A stretch of DNA of 64,000 nt from Gammaproteobacteria bacterium. Its GTDB lineage: Bacteria > Pseudomonadota > Gammaproteobacteria > GCA-001735895. The notes beneath the pieces are model-generated. The model made no database searches. It saw only the letters and a list, made by a program, of their open reading frames with translations, and was not told the origin of the DNA. The DNA lies in NCBI GenBank assembly GCA_050298595.1, contig JBNKUM010000024.1:91483-155482 (forward strand), given 5' to 3'. The position numbers and the translations under genes are program-made. Below are positions 21,356 through 31,025 of this stretch, piece by piece; position 1 is the stretch's first letter; each line of letters opens with the position of its first letter.

Positions 21356-22167
21356 AGAATTTCCAGACTCACTTCATAACCGGCATACTTGCGGATATTA
21401 ATCACACCATTTTTAAAAATCAGATACTGGCCCTTAATCGCCATCAAGGTATCGGCTATTAATGGATTTTTATCCAGATTATAGCTATTGATTTTTTGTG
21501 CATAACTCAAGGCCGGATAAGAAATATCCAGCTGATTAGCGTCTTCAGCAATAACTTCCACGTCACTTAACAGACTCTCATCAAGAGACATCTTAACTTT
21601 AGGCCAGATTTGTTGAAATATTTGATACAGGTTTTCTTGCGTATATTGATGCTTCAGCATATTGCGCCAATTGGTCTTATCATTTAACAAACCTTTGAAC
21701 GCAACCTCTACCAAACCCGCATGATATCGTTTTGAAACCTTTAATATTGCAAGCGCCTGCACTGCGCCCTGATCTATCCATCGCGTGGGTATTTGTGTAT
21801 GACGCGTTATTCCCACCTTAACCCCAGAGGTATTTGACAGGTAAATAATATGATCCTGCATACAATGATCCTCACCCCACTGCGGTTCGCGACAGCTGCC
21901 CTGATCAAAATGGCATTTTTCAGGAGAGACTATGCAGATGTCACATTGTGCAAGCGACCGAAAACAGGGGTAACAGTAGCCCTGATTAAAACTTTTTGTG
22001 GTTTTGCGGACGCAATGTATACAGTGAATTTTATCAAGCCATTCTAGCTTCAGCTGTTTTCCAACCGCTTCATGCAAATCCACTACAGCATCTTTTAATG
22101 CTAACTGGTAATGGACTGGATCTCCCAGTTGAACATGCATCTTGTGTAAATGACCAGAATATTTCAT
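21352..22167 (-). CDS. DUF2797 domain protein
   Basis: CIHC..KT.KSFNQGYCYPC, CDIC, KVGITR and TRWIDQGA motifs. Confidence 0.88.
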   Translation of the reverse strand: MKYSGHLHKMHVQLGDPVHYQLALKDAVVDLHEAVGKQLKLEWLDKIHCIHCVRKTTKSFNQGYCYPCFRSLAQCDICIVSPEKCHFDQGSCREPQWGEDHCMQDHIIYLSNTSGVKVGITRHTQIPTRWIDQGAVQALAILKVSKRYHAGLVEVAFKGLLNDKTNWRNMLKHQYTQENLYQIFQQIWPKVKMSLDESLLSDVEVIAEDANQLDISYPALSYAQKINSYNLDKNPLIADTLMAIKGQYLIFKNGVINIRKYAGYEVSLEIL

Positions 22168-22844
22168 TGCTTAACTTTTAATTTCAAAACAGTTTCTTTA
22201 AATGACTGTAAACCTCTCTCGCGCCAGCGTGGCTCCTTATCAATCATCTCTTCACAGAACAGGGTTTCGATGTGATAGCGCTGCGCATAATAAGAATCAA
22301 CTTCACTCTGTGTTACGGAAAAGGGAGGCCCAGCAATCGCATCTTGATCGTACTCCAGCAACACCATCAGCATAGCAGCACGATGAGGAATAATATGCAA
22401 CATATGCTGGCTATACAGATGGCGAATATCAGGCTCGATAGCCACGATGGCCGCTCGATCGTACACCAGAGTACAGGATGACAGATGCCAGGGTTTTAGA
22501 TCGATAAAATTGCCATGGTAAAGCTTGATTTTATCACTGTGATAACAGGTGAAATCTTCCATCGATTCAACCTTATAACTCAATTCAGACTCTTCAAAAA
22601 AAGACTTAACGGCAACCTCAGAAAGCTCGACTCCTGAAACAGTAAAGCCCTGATCAGCCAGCCACAGCATATCGACGGTTTTTCCGCACAAAGGTAGAAA
22701 TATATGATCACCAGGGTTTAGATCGAATGTAGCTAAAAACTGTTTCAGGTAGCTATTACCTTCTTCTTCGTGAAACCCTGGATTACCTTCTCTGGACCAG
22801 AAGTCATGCCAGTTTATCTTTTGCTCCATAATAAAGTCCCGCAA
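22164..22844 (-). CDS. tpm: Thiopurine S-methyltransferase family protein
   Basis: FLPLCGKTVDMLWLADQG, GVELSE, YDRAA and GPPFSV motifs. Confidence 0.9.
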   Translation of the reverse strand: MRDFIMEQKINWHDFWSREGNPGFHEEEGNSYLKQFLATFDLNPGDHIFLPLCGKTVDMLWLADQGFTVSGVELSEVAVKSFFEESELSYKVESMEDFTCYHSDKIKLYHGNFIDLKPWHLSSCTLVYDRAAIVAIEPDIRHLYSQHMLHIIPHRAAMLMVLLEYDQDAIAGPPFSVTQSEVDSYYAQRYHIETLFCEEMIDKEPRWRERGLQSFKETVLKLKVKQ

Positions 22845-22908
22845 AACTATTTAAACAACTAGCTTAACGAATTAACCAGGCAAAGAAAAACAGGATTTAT
22901 AGGGGATT

Positions 22909-22934
22909 ACGGCAGTATCGAGTGATACTGCCGT
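22909..22934. terminator. Stem-loop downstream of the DUF2892 gene
   Basis: acggcagtatc-gagt-gatactgccgt 11-bp perfect stem; no clear U-tract. Confidence 0.55.
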
Positions 22935-22943
22935 GGGGGTAAT

Positions 22944-23153
22944 TTAATCGGCTTTAGTACCGCAGGTATTAATACCCAGCAGTGCATAAGGAGGACACCA
23001 GCTAAGGACAGCCGTACCCAGCAATACCGCACCAACTACTAGAGCAACAATCCCTAAAGTGCCTTCGACCAGACCTAAAGCAAAAGCAGCGATAGCTGCG
23101 ATTCCCACAAGACCGCGAATTATACGATCAATCGTACCTACATTTTTTTTCAT
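22944..23153 (-). CDS. DUF2892 (YgaP-like) membrane protein
   Basis: MKKNVGTIDRIIR...WCPPYALLGINTC; RBS GGAG before ATG 23153. Confidence 0.9.
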   Translation of the reverse strand: MKKNVGTIDRIIRGLVGIAAIAAFALGLVEGTLGIVALVVGAVLLGTAVLSWCPPYALLGINTCGTKAD

Positions 23154-23209
23154 GATAGTTCTCCAATGAGTTAAAGCGCTAGTGTATGCCCTCAACCACA
23201 GGCAAGTCG

Positions 23210-23222
23210 GTGACAATGTCAC
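23210..23222. promoter_or_regulatory. Probable binding site of the adjacent Crp/Fnr regulator
   Basis: Palindrome GTGAC-aat-GTCAC about 60 bp upstream of the DUF2892 start. Confidence 0.6.
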
Positions 23223-23239
23223 TTAAAGAGGAAATATAC

Positions 23240-23917
23240 TTAAAGCCGCGCTAAATGTTGAATACTTTTCAGGTCTATCACTTCAATACTGCCTCGCGTC
23301 ATATTAATCAGTCCTCGCTCTGCAAAATCTTTCAGAATACGACTAATTACCTCACGAGAACTGCCTACATCTGCGGCTAACTCAGCATGAGTTTTTTGCA
23401 TAATTCTATTGCCATGCTCAAGATGACGTACAAGCTGTTCAGCAATACGCACATCAATCCGCTTGAAAGCCACCTCCTCTACCACCGATATGATGTCACT
23501 TAAACGAAACGATAACAATCCGAAGATAAACTTCTGCCATTCTGGATCTTTACAGAACCAGTCACGCACATGATTAGGCGATACCAAAATTGCAGAGACT
23601 GGCGTTTCTGTAGCAGCCATAGCCGGGAATGCATTCTGACTCATGATGCAGGAGGCCGTCAGAACACAGCTTTCACCGCCATTGATACGATACAACGTAA
23701 TTTCTCGACCTGAAGGTGACAGCTTGTAAACACGGCCAACACCATCCATTACCATCGCTAGATGAGCACACTGCTGTCCTTCATCACAGATAGAGACCCC
23801 TGCTGGTAATTGAATGTATTGTACATTTTGGAAAAATGTCTCTATAAATTCGGGGCTACATTTTTTGATAAATGGAAAATGAGATTTAAATAGTTGTTGC
23901 TGCTGGATAGAAATCAT
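23240..23917 (-). CDS. Crp/Fnr family transcriptional regulator
   Basis: cNMP-like domain (GREITLYRI..GESC) and HTH THAELAADVGSSREVISRILK. Confidence 0.93.
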   Translation of the reverse strand: MISIQQQQLFKSHFPFIKKCSPEFIETFFQNVQYIQLPAGVSICDEGQQCAHLAMVMDGVGRVYKLSPSGREITLYRINGGESCVLTASCIMSQNAFPAMAATETPVSAILVSPNHVRDWFCKDPEWQKFIFGLLSFRLSDIISVVEEVAFKRIDVRIAEQLVRHLEHGNRIMQKTHAELAADVGSSREVISRILKDFAERGLINMTRGSIEVIDLKSIQHLARL

Positions 23918-23944
23918 TGAGAAAGAATAGTTATTATTTAGTGA

Positions 23945-24254
23945 TCAAGGTAAATCAACCATAAGTTGACCGTCAACCTCGGAAACCTGATAGATTCGAA
24001 CCCCGCCAGCCGCTAATAGGAAAAGCCCCCTGCCCCGTGCGGATATCAAAATGCGCCTGATGCCAGGGACATGAGAGGGTATCCCGCTGTAAATCGCCTT
24101 CACACAAGGCTGCAGCCTTATGAAGGCAGAGGTTATCAAGTAGATAGAATTGCTGATTTTTATAAACTAAAACAAACTGATTACTATCAAGCTGTAGACA
24201 TTGCACGGCGTACCTGCTCAATTTCGCCACCTTGCCCAAGCTAATCAGAGGCAT
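23945..24254 (-). pseudogene. Rieske 2Fe-2S ferredoxin with a frameshift near the C-terminus
   Basis: CLH...CPWH Rieske ligands. The typical tail (VRIYQVSEVDGQLMVDLP*) is in another frame, joined by removing one base of the C5 run at 24026-24030. Confidence 0.7.
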
Positions 24255-24257
24255 AAC

Positions 24258-26147
24258 TTAAAGACGGACCTTTACACAATTCCGTCCATTTTTCTTGGCC
24301 ACAAACAGTGCCATATCAGCACGTTTGACCATAGAATCATAATTGCCTGTTTCATCGGTTATAGCCGCCACACCAACACTGACCGTAGCGCTGCGATCGC
24401 CACTGGGCGTCTTGAAGCTGGCTTGCTCGACATACTGGCGTATAGATTCGGCAAATTTTTCTGCAGCATTCATATCTACTTTGAGTAAAAGAACACTCAG
24501 ACCATTTTTACCATATCGACCTAACACATCTCGCTCTTTATCAATTTTGGAAAAGATATGCTTCACAATCCCGGCAAACACTTTATAGGCTGTTTGATCG
24601 CCATCTTTTTCCCTGATAGCGGATAAACCATCTACTTCAAACAGTAAAATTGAAAGCGGCTCACCCTCAACTGCAGCAGTGCGATATCGATCCACAGCTA
24701 TCTGATCCGCATTTTCTCGGCTAAGGAGTGTTATCGTTTTTTTAGCTGTTTCCGTTTCAGCCTGAATTTTTTCTATAACAGCCCTGGGAATGACCGTTTC
24801 ATCCCGACCATGGGTACTCGAAGAGTTAGCCTTAGCCACGACTGCGGTAATATCGCTGGTTATTTCAAGGTCAACAGCGTGGGGGGAAGTATTGCTTATA
24901 TCTTTTGCGTCCCCTGTTGGTTGCGGCCTTGAGGGTACTACTGAAACCACTTTTTTTTCTGGAGACGGTGATGGTGGCTGCTTAACTACCTGATGGGCAA
25001 CCTTCTGAAGCAAATTATCAGACATCTGAGCTGCCATATTGGTCCGCTTAAATATCATCATAGCCTGAGCCGTCAGGCTGACACTGGCTGTCATATCCAG
25101 ACCATCGAATGCTTCCGACTTTCTACGCAGACTAATTACTCCAGCCATGGTTGAATCATTAAAAACTGGAATATCCATCCTGAAATGTTGAAATATCTGC
25201 TTCTTACGGCCAAAAAAACCTTTTTTGATTTCGAACTGAGCACTGATATCGGCCTGACGAGTTTGTGAAAGCTTGGTTAAAAGTTCTTCTGACCAGACCG
25301 TGCTGTCTTCCATTTCAAACAAGGTACCATCAATTTTATCCGGGGCAGGTTTGGGGCCTTTACCCTCCAGACTGGTATACACATAGGAATCAAATTGAAT
25401 AACTGGCTTTATATACTCCAGTAAACGGTTGATCATTTCTTTAAAATCCTTGATACCGCTCAGCGCCATATCCAGATCAGTCAAGGTATAGGCCCAACTT
25501 TCCTGACGCTCATAAGTATCAAGTAAGGTACTATGGGTTAAAAAGATCATCCGACGGTATCTTTCCAGCAAATATGAAAGATATATCGCCAGAGTTATTG
25601 CAGCGATTTCAACAATAACCAGTCCTTTAAGCATGCTAGACGTAGCCTCGAACATATAAGCCATAGCTGTAAAAATCACTACACTGAGGACAGATAAGAT
25701 TGCTGTGAGCCTGAAATTTAATACACTCAAACTACCCAGCCAGACCACTAGCAGGCCAATCTCAATAGCATTGAGAATTCGATATTGCTGCAGGAATACC
25801 GCAACGAGCAGCACGATAAAGCTCATTAGTGACGGAATCAACACCCTCATTTTAAGTGCTGATTTACTGTCACTGGATACACCGAAAACTGCGATAGCAG
25901 CTGAAATCACTGCAACCACCAGAAAAGAATACATCGGAACTGAGGATGTCACACCCAGCACCCACTTCTCCAGCGCAGCAAAACTAAGATTTATCAGAGA
26001 TAGTGCCAGCAGTGCATAGCTGCCCGTACTGCGGCCACGATCGAGCTGAAACTTTTGATAGGAATTTTCTACCAGCTCGTCTCTAAATCTAAGCGTAGCA
26101 GTTTTTTTATATCGATTGATCCGTTCTATCGGCACTAAAAGACCCAC
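24258..26147 (-). CDS. Membrane protein with GAF-like region and degenerate GGDEF domain
   Basis: Several N-terminal TMs; C-terminal GGDEF fold (RADMALFVAKKNGRN) with RYGKNGL in place of RYGGEEF. An in-frame ATG lies at 26177 beyond a TAG. Confidence 0.8.
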   Translation of the reverse strand: MGLLVPIERINRYKKTATLRFRDELVENSYQKFQLDRGRSTGSYALLALSLINLSFAALEKWVLGVTSSVPMYSFLVVAVISAAIAVFGVSSDSKSALKMRVLIPSLMSFIVLLVAVFLQQYRILNAIEIGLLVVWLGSLSVLNFRLTAILSVLSVVIFTAMAYMFEATSSMLKGLVIVEIAAITLAIYLSYLLERYRRMIFLTHSTLLDTYERQESWAYTLTDLDMALSGIKDFKEMINRLLEYIKPVIQFDSYVYTSLEGKGPKPAPDKIDGTLFEMEDSTVWSEELLTKLSQTRQADISAQFEIKKGFFGRKKQIFQHFRMDIPVFNDSTMAGVISLRRKSEAFDGLDMTASVSLTAQAMMIFKRTNMAAQMSDNLLQKVAHQVVKQPPSPSPEKKVVSVVPSRPQPTGDAKDISNTSPHAVDLEITSDITAVVAKANSSSTHGRDETVIPRAVIEKIQAETETAKKTITLLSRENADQIAVDRYRTAAVEGEPLSILLFEVDGLSAIREKDGDQTAYKVFAGIVKHIFSKIDKERDVLGRYGKNGLSVLLLKVDMNAAEKFAESIRQYVEQASFKTPSGDRSATVSVGVAAITDETGNYDSMVKRADMALFVAKKNGRNCVKVRL

Positions 26148-26414
26148 CTAATTCAATAACATGCGAAAAATAAACATAGCACTCCATAAACTAACAGGCC
26201 TTATAACCCAATTGCTGATACGGAGTAAAAGTTTCAAAATAATATAACTCACGCCATAATGCATGGCAGAATACAGTGAAATAAACTTTCCTAACAATTC
26301 ATATTAGCATAAATATAGGAAATTCAAATGCTTAAGAAGAATAATTCAACTTAAATCTTAGCGAACTAAAATGACTCATGAGGCCATATTATTTTCAAAA
26401 CAAGCACTTAGAAA

Positions 26415-27233
26415 ATGTACGATTTATTTTTTTATAGTTCCAAACTTTTCTGGATACTCATTTCACCGGATAGTCTGTTTCTCATATTTTTAACAGCTGG
26501 CATTTTTCTGCTGTTCACCCGCTGGCAGAAAAAGGCTAGAAAGCTACTTCTATTATTGATATTTCTGGCATGGATACTGGCTCTTCTACCTGTTGGTGAC
26601 TGGCTTTACTACCCTCTGGAAAAACAGTTTTCCAGCCACCCAACCCTACCGGGGAAAATTGACGGCATCATTGTGTTGGGTGGTTCGGTGATCCCCTCAC
26701 TCAGTCAATACTGGCAACAGCTGGAAACTAATAATAGTCACGAACGCCTGAGTCAGTTTATCCTGTTGGCAAAACAATATCCAAATGCCCGACTCATATT
26801 CACCGGCGGTAACTCAAGCTTGCGCAAAGATTCACCAACCGAAGCGGAACAGGTAAAGGATTACATCTTACAATCGGGTATCAATGAAAGCAGATTGTTG
26901 CTGGAAAATAAGGCGAGGAACACCTACGAAAATGCTGTTTACAGTAAACGACTGGCCCAACCTGCATTAAATGAAAACTGGATATTGATCACTTCAGCCT
27001 ACCACATGCCAAGATCGATAGGTGTATTCTGCAAACAGGGCTGGGCAACTATCCCCTACCCAGTCGATCATGCCAGTCAGCCAGACAAGTTGTTGACTCC
27101 GAGCCTGGAACTATCTGACCACCTTTCTAATCTGATAGAAGCCAGCCATGAATGGCTCGGCTTACTGGCTTATTTTGTGAGCAGAAAAACCAGCCATTTA
27201 ATTCCAAAAGAGTGCAGCAACAGCCTCGAGTAA
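26415..27233 (+). CDS. YdcF/ElyC (DUF218) family protein
   Basis: IIVLGG, FTGG, ARNTYENA and LITSAYHMPRS motifs. Confidence 0.9.
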   Translation: MYDLFFYSSKLFWILISPDSLFLIFLTAGIFLLFTRWQKKARKLLLLLIFLAWILALLPVGDWLYYPLEKQFSSHPTLPGKIDGIIVLGGSVIPSLSQYWQQLETNNSHERLSQFILLAKQYPNARLIFTGGNSSLRKDSPTEAEQVKDYILQSGINESRLLLENKARNTYENAVYSKRLAQPALNENWILITSAYHMPRSIGVFCKQGWATIPYPVDHASQPDKLLTPSLELSDHLSNLIEASHEWLGLLAYFVSRKTSHLIPKECSNSLE

Positions 27234-27234
27234 A

Positions 27235-27606
27235 TCAATCAAACTGCTGGGTGCGCAACATCACCAGCGTACAGTCGGCTAATGTCTCTATACCATGCTG
27301 CTGGTATTCGCTCATTAACTCATCGGATTCGGTTCCGGGGTTAAAGATTATTCGGCGAGGTTTTGCCTGCAAAACATCCTGTATAATCGCCTGATGGCGC
27401 TGTGGATTTAAATACAGGGTAACAGTATCGATAGGCTGCGCTATCTCAGCAATAGACCGATATACCGCTACACCAAGAATTTCACGTCCATTGCCCGACA
27501 CTGGAAATACTGTATGCTGATGATCCATCAGCATTTCCTGAGCCTTATAAGCGTAGCGTTGAGGTTTATGGCTAGCACCGATAATTGCTACGGTTAAGGA
27601 CATCAA
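27235..27606 (-). CDS. CoA-binding protein
   Basis: IIGASHKPQRYA, IDTVTLY, IIFNPGTE and CTLVML motifs. Confidence 0.9.
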   Translation of the reverse strand: MMSLTVAIIGASHKPQRYAYKAQEMLMDHQHTVFPVSGNGREILGVAVYRSIAEIAQPIDTVTLYLNPQRHQAIIQDVLQAKPRRIIFNPGTESDELMSEYQQHGIETLADCTLVMLRTQQFD

Positions 27607-28250
27607 CTTGCCCCATACGATAACTTGAAATCGGCGGGTGCTAGATACTCAAACAGATCGTTCCCATCATTATCAACCATTATTCTCACACCCTGTTCAG
27701 GGTAAAACCATAGCTCAGCCGCTTCTTCCACCACTTCGCGTCTACCCGGCTCACCAAAACGTTCACGGATGAAATCCTGATCCATACCTCGATAACTCGG
27801 CATAAAAGTTAACGATTTGATTTTACGTAAACCCTGCTCTGCCTGTTTTTGCTGGGTCAGCGTCCATTTCAAACCTCCCTCCTTGGTGGACATACGTTTT
27901 ACCGTATCCTGAACCATTTGTTCTAGTTCCTGCTGAGAGGCATCCAGAGTGGCAATCATACGCGCACCAAATGGTCCTATGGTAACCTTGCCGAAATAAG
28001 CTTCCAGAGTGAAGATGCCGTCCTTTTTCCGATACAGGGCAATCCCATCCAGCTGGCCAAAATGTGCTCGCCCCTGTTCCAGATTAGTCTTATTCAATAC
28101 AATTCCAAAAACCTCGCTATGCATGGGATCATGCACCATCACTTGCCATGGGAGTTCCAGCTGTTGTTCATTTGGTTTTTGAGAGGTTAGATAAAATAAT
28201 GCGAAAGTCAGCAAGGAAACCAAACTGACAATAATGAGGGCTAGTTTCAT
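27603..28250 (-). CDS. Membrane-anchored hypothetical protein
   Basis: N-terminal TM, LPWQ, RFGEP..WFYP; no function assignable. Confidence 0.75.
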   Translation of the reverse strand: MKLALIIVSLVSLLTFALFYLTSQKPNEQQLELPWQVMVHDPMHSEVFGIVLNKTNLEQGRAHFGQLDGIALYRKKDGIFTLEAYFGKVTIGPFGARMIATLDASQQELEQMVQDTVKRMSTKEGGLKWTLTQQKQAEQGLRKIKSLTFMPSYRGMDQDFIRERFGEPGRREVVEEAAELWFYPEQGVRIMVDNDGNDLFEYLAPADFKLSYGAS

Positions 28251-28327
28251 GGGTATAACAAAATCAATCCAATTGGGCGAGCACTATAGCCGCTCTTGTA
28301 AAGCCTGTCAGCTGAAATGCTGGCAGG

Positions 28328-30988
28328 CTAAAAATTTAGTGAAATATCTTTATGATGAGCCAGACAACCCGCAAGAGACTCAGCCTGATCAACGGTTAAC
28401 TTAGCCTGTAATCTCAAACCGATATTATCTTTAACCACGTAGTCGAATTTAGCTAACAAAGGTAAAAACTCCTGCTTACCACGTTGCCTCCACTCGACTT
28501 CCTCATCAAGTAACTGCACTGCCTTGACTAACTCTCCAGCCGCCTTATCTCGATCAGCGCCTTTCTTGAGTGCCCGACGAGCTTTGGAAAGCTTTGATTT
28601 TATCGGACTGGCATTCTTAATATCCGATAAAGCACTTTCAACCGTTTTAATCTGCTGCATAGCAGAGTCGACATCATCATTGCGAATAGCCTGATGCAGG
28701 CCTTCGACCGTGGGCTTAATAGCGGTCAGATCATCTGCAGCTTCCAGGGTCAGACGCGTATCCAGAATCACCTGATAGCTATCATCCACCAGCCTGCGAT
28801 ATTTATTACGCGCGACCTTTTCGGCTTTACTGTGCTTTAGAAACTCATCTCGATTCTGTTGCCAGTTATCAGGTATCTGAGCTTTTAACTCAAGATATTC
28901 AGCTTCAAGTTGTGTATTTTGAGCCGTCAGCTTTTCAATACGCACTTGATCAGGCTTATCTGAAAACTCAATCCGTTTTATCTCCGCATCATTGCTATCG
29001 ATCTGTTTTTTACTGTTACGCATCGTGAGCTGCAGATCCCTGGTCTGATGATGCAATGCTGCATACTCAACAGAAAAATCTGCTAAAGATGATGCTGCTA
29101 CTTTCACATCATCAACAGCAGCAAATACTTTCGCCATATCTCGATAACTCTCGTTAAGATTTTGCTGATATTTCTCTGGCAGGTAATCAATTCGAGCCTT
29201 TTTCAACTCGCTCAGAGATGCCTCTATCAAAGACTGATTCTCTGAATACTTTTCAAACAGCATATCTTCCAGACAAAGTTGAATGCGAGGGTTATTGGGC
29301 GGTGGGGCGGTATCCGAAGTCAGATAGGTTCGGTTAGGAAGATAGTTGATCAGTGAAGGGAATGCGCCTGCTATCGTCAGACCCAGTATCTGTAGCGCAA
29401 TAAATGCTATTGCGCCTTTATAGATCTGCATAGTTGTTACTGAATCTGGCGCGACTCCACGCAGGTAAAAAAGCGCAAAACCGAATGGTGGCGTTAAAAA
29501 TGAAGTCTGTATATTCAGGCCGATCATCACACCCAGCCAAACTGCGGTAACATTTGCCTCAGGATTAGCCAATAAAATTGGCGCTACTATAGGCACAACC
29601 ACTACCGCTATCTCGATAAAATCGAGAAAAAAACCAAGCAGAAAAATCACCAGCATGACAACAAAAAACTGCACCCAGAAACCACCTGGCAAACTGGTCA
29701 GATAGTGTTTGACCAGCTCTTCTCCACCAAAAGCGCGGAAGGCCGAGGTAAGCATTGCTGCACCCAGCAGGATGATAAAAACCATTGAAGTCGTCTTGGC
29801 TGTTTCAACCATAACCTCATTAAGAACATTGCCTGTTCGATAGGCTCGAATAATGGCCCAGGCTACGGCATAAACAAGCACCAGTACCAGCACAAGCGCC
29901 ACATAGATCGCCATTTGATCGGCATCGTTTTTAACATTTTTGATATTAAGATCAAAACTGGATAACAGTAGACTAATACCAACAACCGAAACAAGTGCCA
30001 TAACAGCCGGATAATAACGTGTACGTATTCCTTCAGACAGGCGATAACTTCCCATGATTAAGGCACCTATCGCGCCGATGGCACCCGCCTGATTGACTGT
30101 AGCAACGCCCAGAATAATCGACCCCAGCACAACAAAAATAAGCAGTAATGGCGGTACCAGTGCTAAAAAAACCTGAAGAAAAAACTGGCGGTCATACTCG
30201 CCATCGTATGGAACAGGAGGTGCTTTTTCGGGTTTTAACATGGCCGATATAAAAATATAGGCCATATACAGCACAACCAGAATCAGCCCGGGAATGAAAG
30301 CGCCCATAAACATATCACCAGCGCTTGCAGAGACCACATCAAAATCTCCCGGCATGGAGTACTCACCAGTGATAAGCCGATAATCAGCTTTACGTGTAGT
30401 ATTAGCCTGATCTGCGGCACTGGAAAGTTGATCGGCAAGTATGATCAACACAATAGAAGGGGGAATAATCTGTCCCAGTGTGCCCGATGCACAGATAGTC
30501 CCACAGGCGAGCGATTTAGAGTAGTTATTACGCAGCATGGCAGGCAAGGAAATTAACCCCATTGCGATCACAGTTGCACCTACGATACCTGTAGTCGCAG
30601 CCAGTAAGGCACCCACAAAAACAACCGAGATACCCAATCCACCTGGGACAGGGCCAAATAACTGGGCCATAGCCACCAGCAGATCTTCAGCAATACGCGA
30701 GCGTTGCAGCATAATGCCCATGAATACAAATAACGGGATTGCGATCAGGGTGTCGCGCTCAACCTCCCAGTACAGACTTCGCAAATTGGTAACACCAGCA
30801 CTCAACCACTGGTTTGGCCCGCCGTTAGAGAAAAAAGCATCGGTATCACCGACAAAGATATAGCCACAAGTGGCCGCTATAGTAATCGCTAAAATCGCTG
30901 AGCCAGGCAAAGCAAACGCGACGGGGAATCCGGAAGATAGCGCAACCACCATCAATAAAATCAGTAATAACAGAAAATAGACTTCCAT
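28328..30988 (-). CDS. dctM: TRAP transporter large permease with long C-terminal helical extension
   Basis: GFPVAF, AIPLFVFMG, GTLGQIIPPS and SFLTPPFGFALFYL motifs, then about 330 hydrophilic residues. Confidence 0.9.
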   Translation of the reverse strand: MEVYFLLLLILLMVVALSSGFPVAFALPGSAILAITIAATCGYIFVGDTDAFFSNGGPNQWLSAGVTNLRSLYWEVERDTLIAIPLFVFMGIMLQRSRIAEDLLVAMAQLFGPVPGGLGISVVFVGALLAATTGIVGATVIAMGLISLPAMLRNNYSKSLACGTICASGTLGQIIPPSIVLIILADQLSSAADQANTTRKADYRLITGEYSMPGDFDVVSASAGDMFMGAFIPGLILVVLYMAYIFISAMLKPEKAPPVPYDGEYDRQFFLQVFLALVPPLLLIFVVLGSIILGVATVNQAGAIGAIGALIMGSYRLSEGIRTRYYPAVMALVSVVGISLLLSSFDLNIKNVKNDADQMAIYVALVLVLVLVYAVAWAIIRAYRTGNVLNEVMVETAKTTSMVFIILLGAAMLTSAFRAFGGEELVKHYLTSLPGGFWVQFFVVMLVIFLLGFFLDFIEIAVVVVPIVAPILLANPEANVTAVWLGVMIGLNIQTSFLTPPFGFALFYLRGVAPDSVTTMQIYKGAIAFIALQILGLTIAGAFPSLINYLPNRTYLTSDTAPPPNNPRIQLCLEDMLFEKYSENQSLIEASLSELKKARIDYLPEKYQQNLNESYRDMAKVFAAVDDVKVAASSLADFSVEYAALHHQTRDLQLTMRNSKKQIDSNDAEIKRIEFSDKPDQVRIEKLTAQNTQLEAEYLELKAQIPDNWQQNRDEFLKHSKAEKVARNKYRRLVDDSYQVILDTRLTLEAADDLTAIKPTVEGLHQAIRNDDVDSAMQQIKTVESALSDIKNASPIKSKLSKARRALKKGADRDKAAGELVKAVQLLDEEVEWRQRGKQEFLPLLAKFDYVVKDNIGLRLQAKLTVDQAESLAGCLAHHKDISLNF

Positions 30989-31025
30989 TAAAAACTCCGA
31001 GCCTTTCTGATCAATTTAATAGCTA

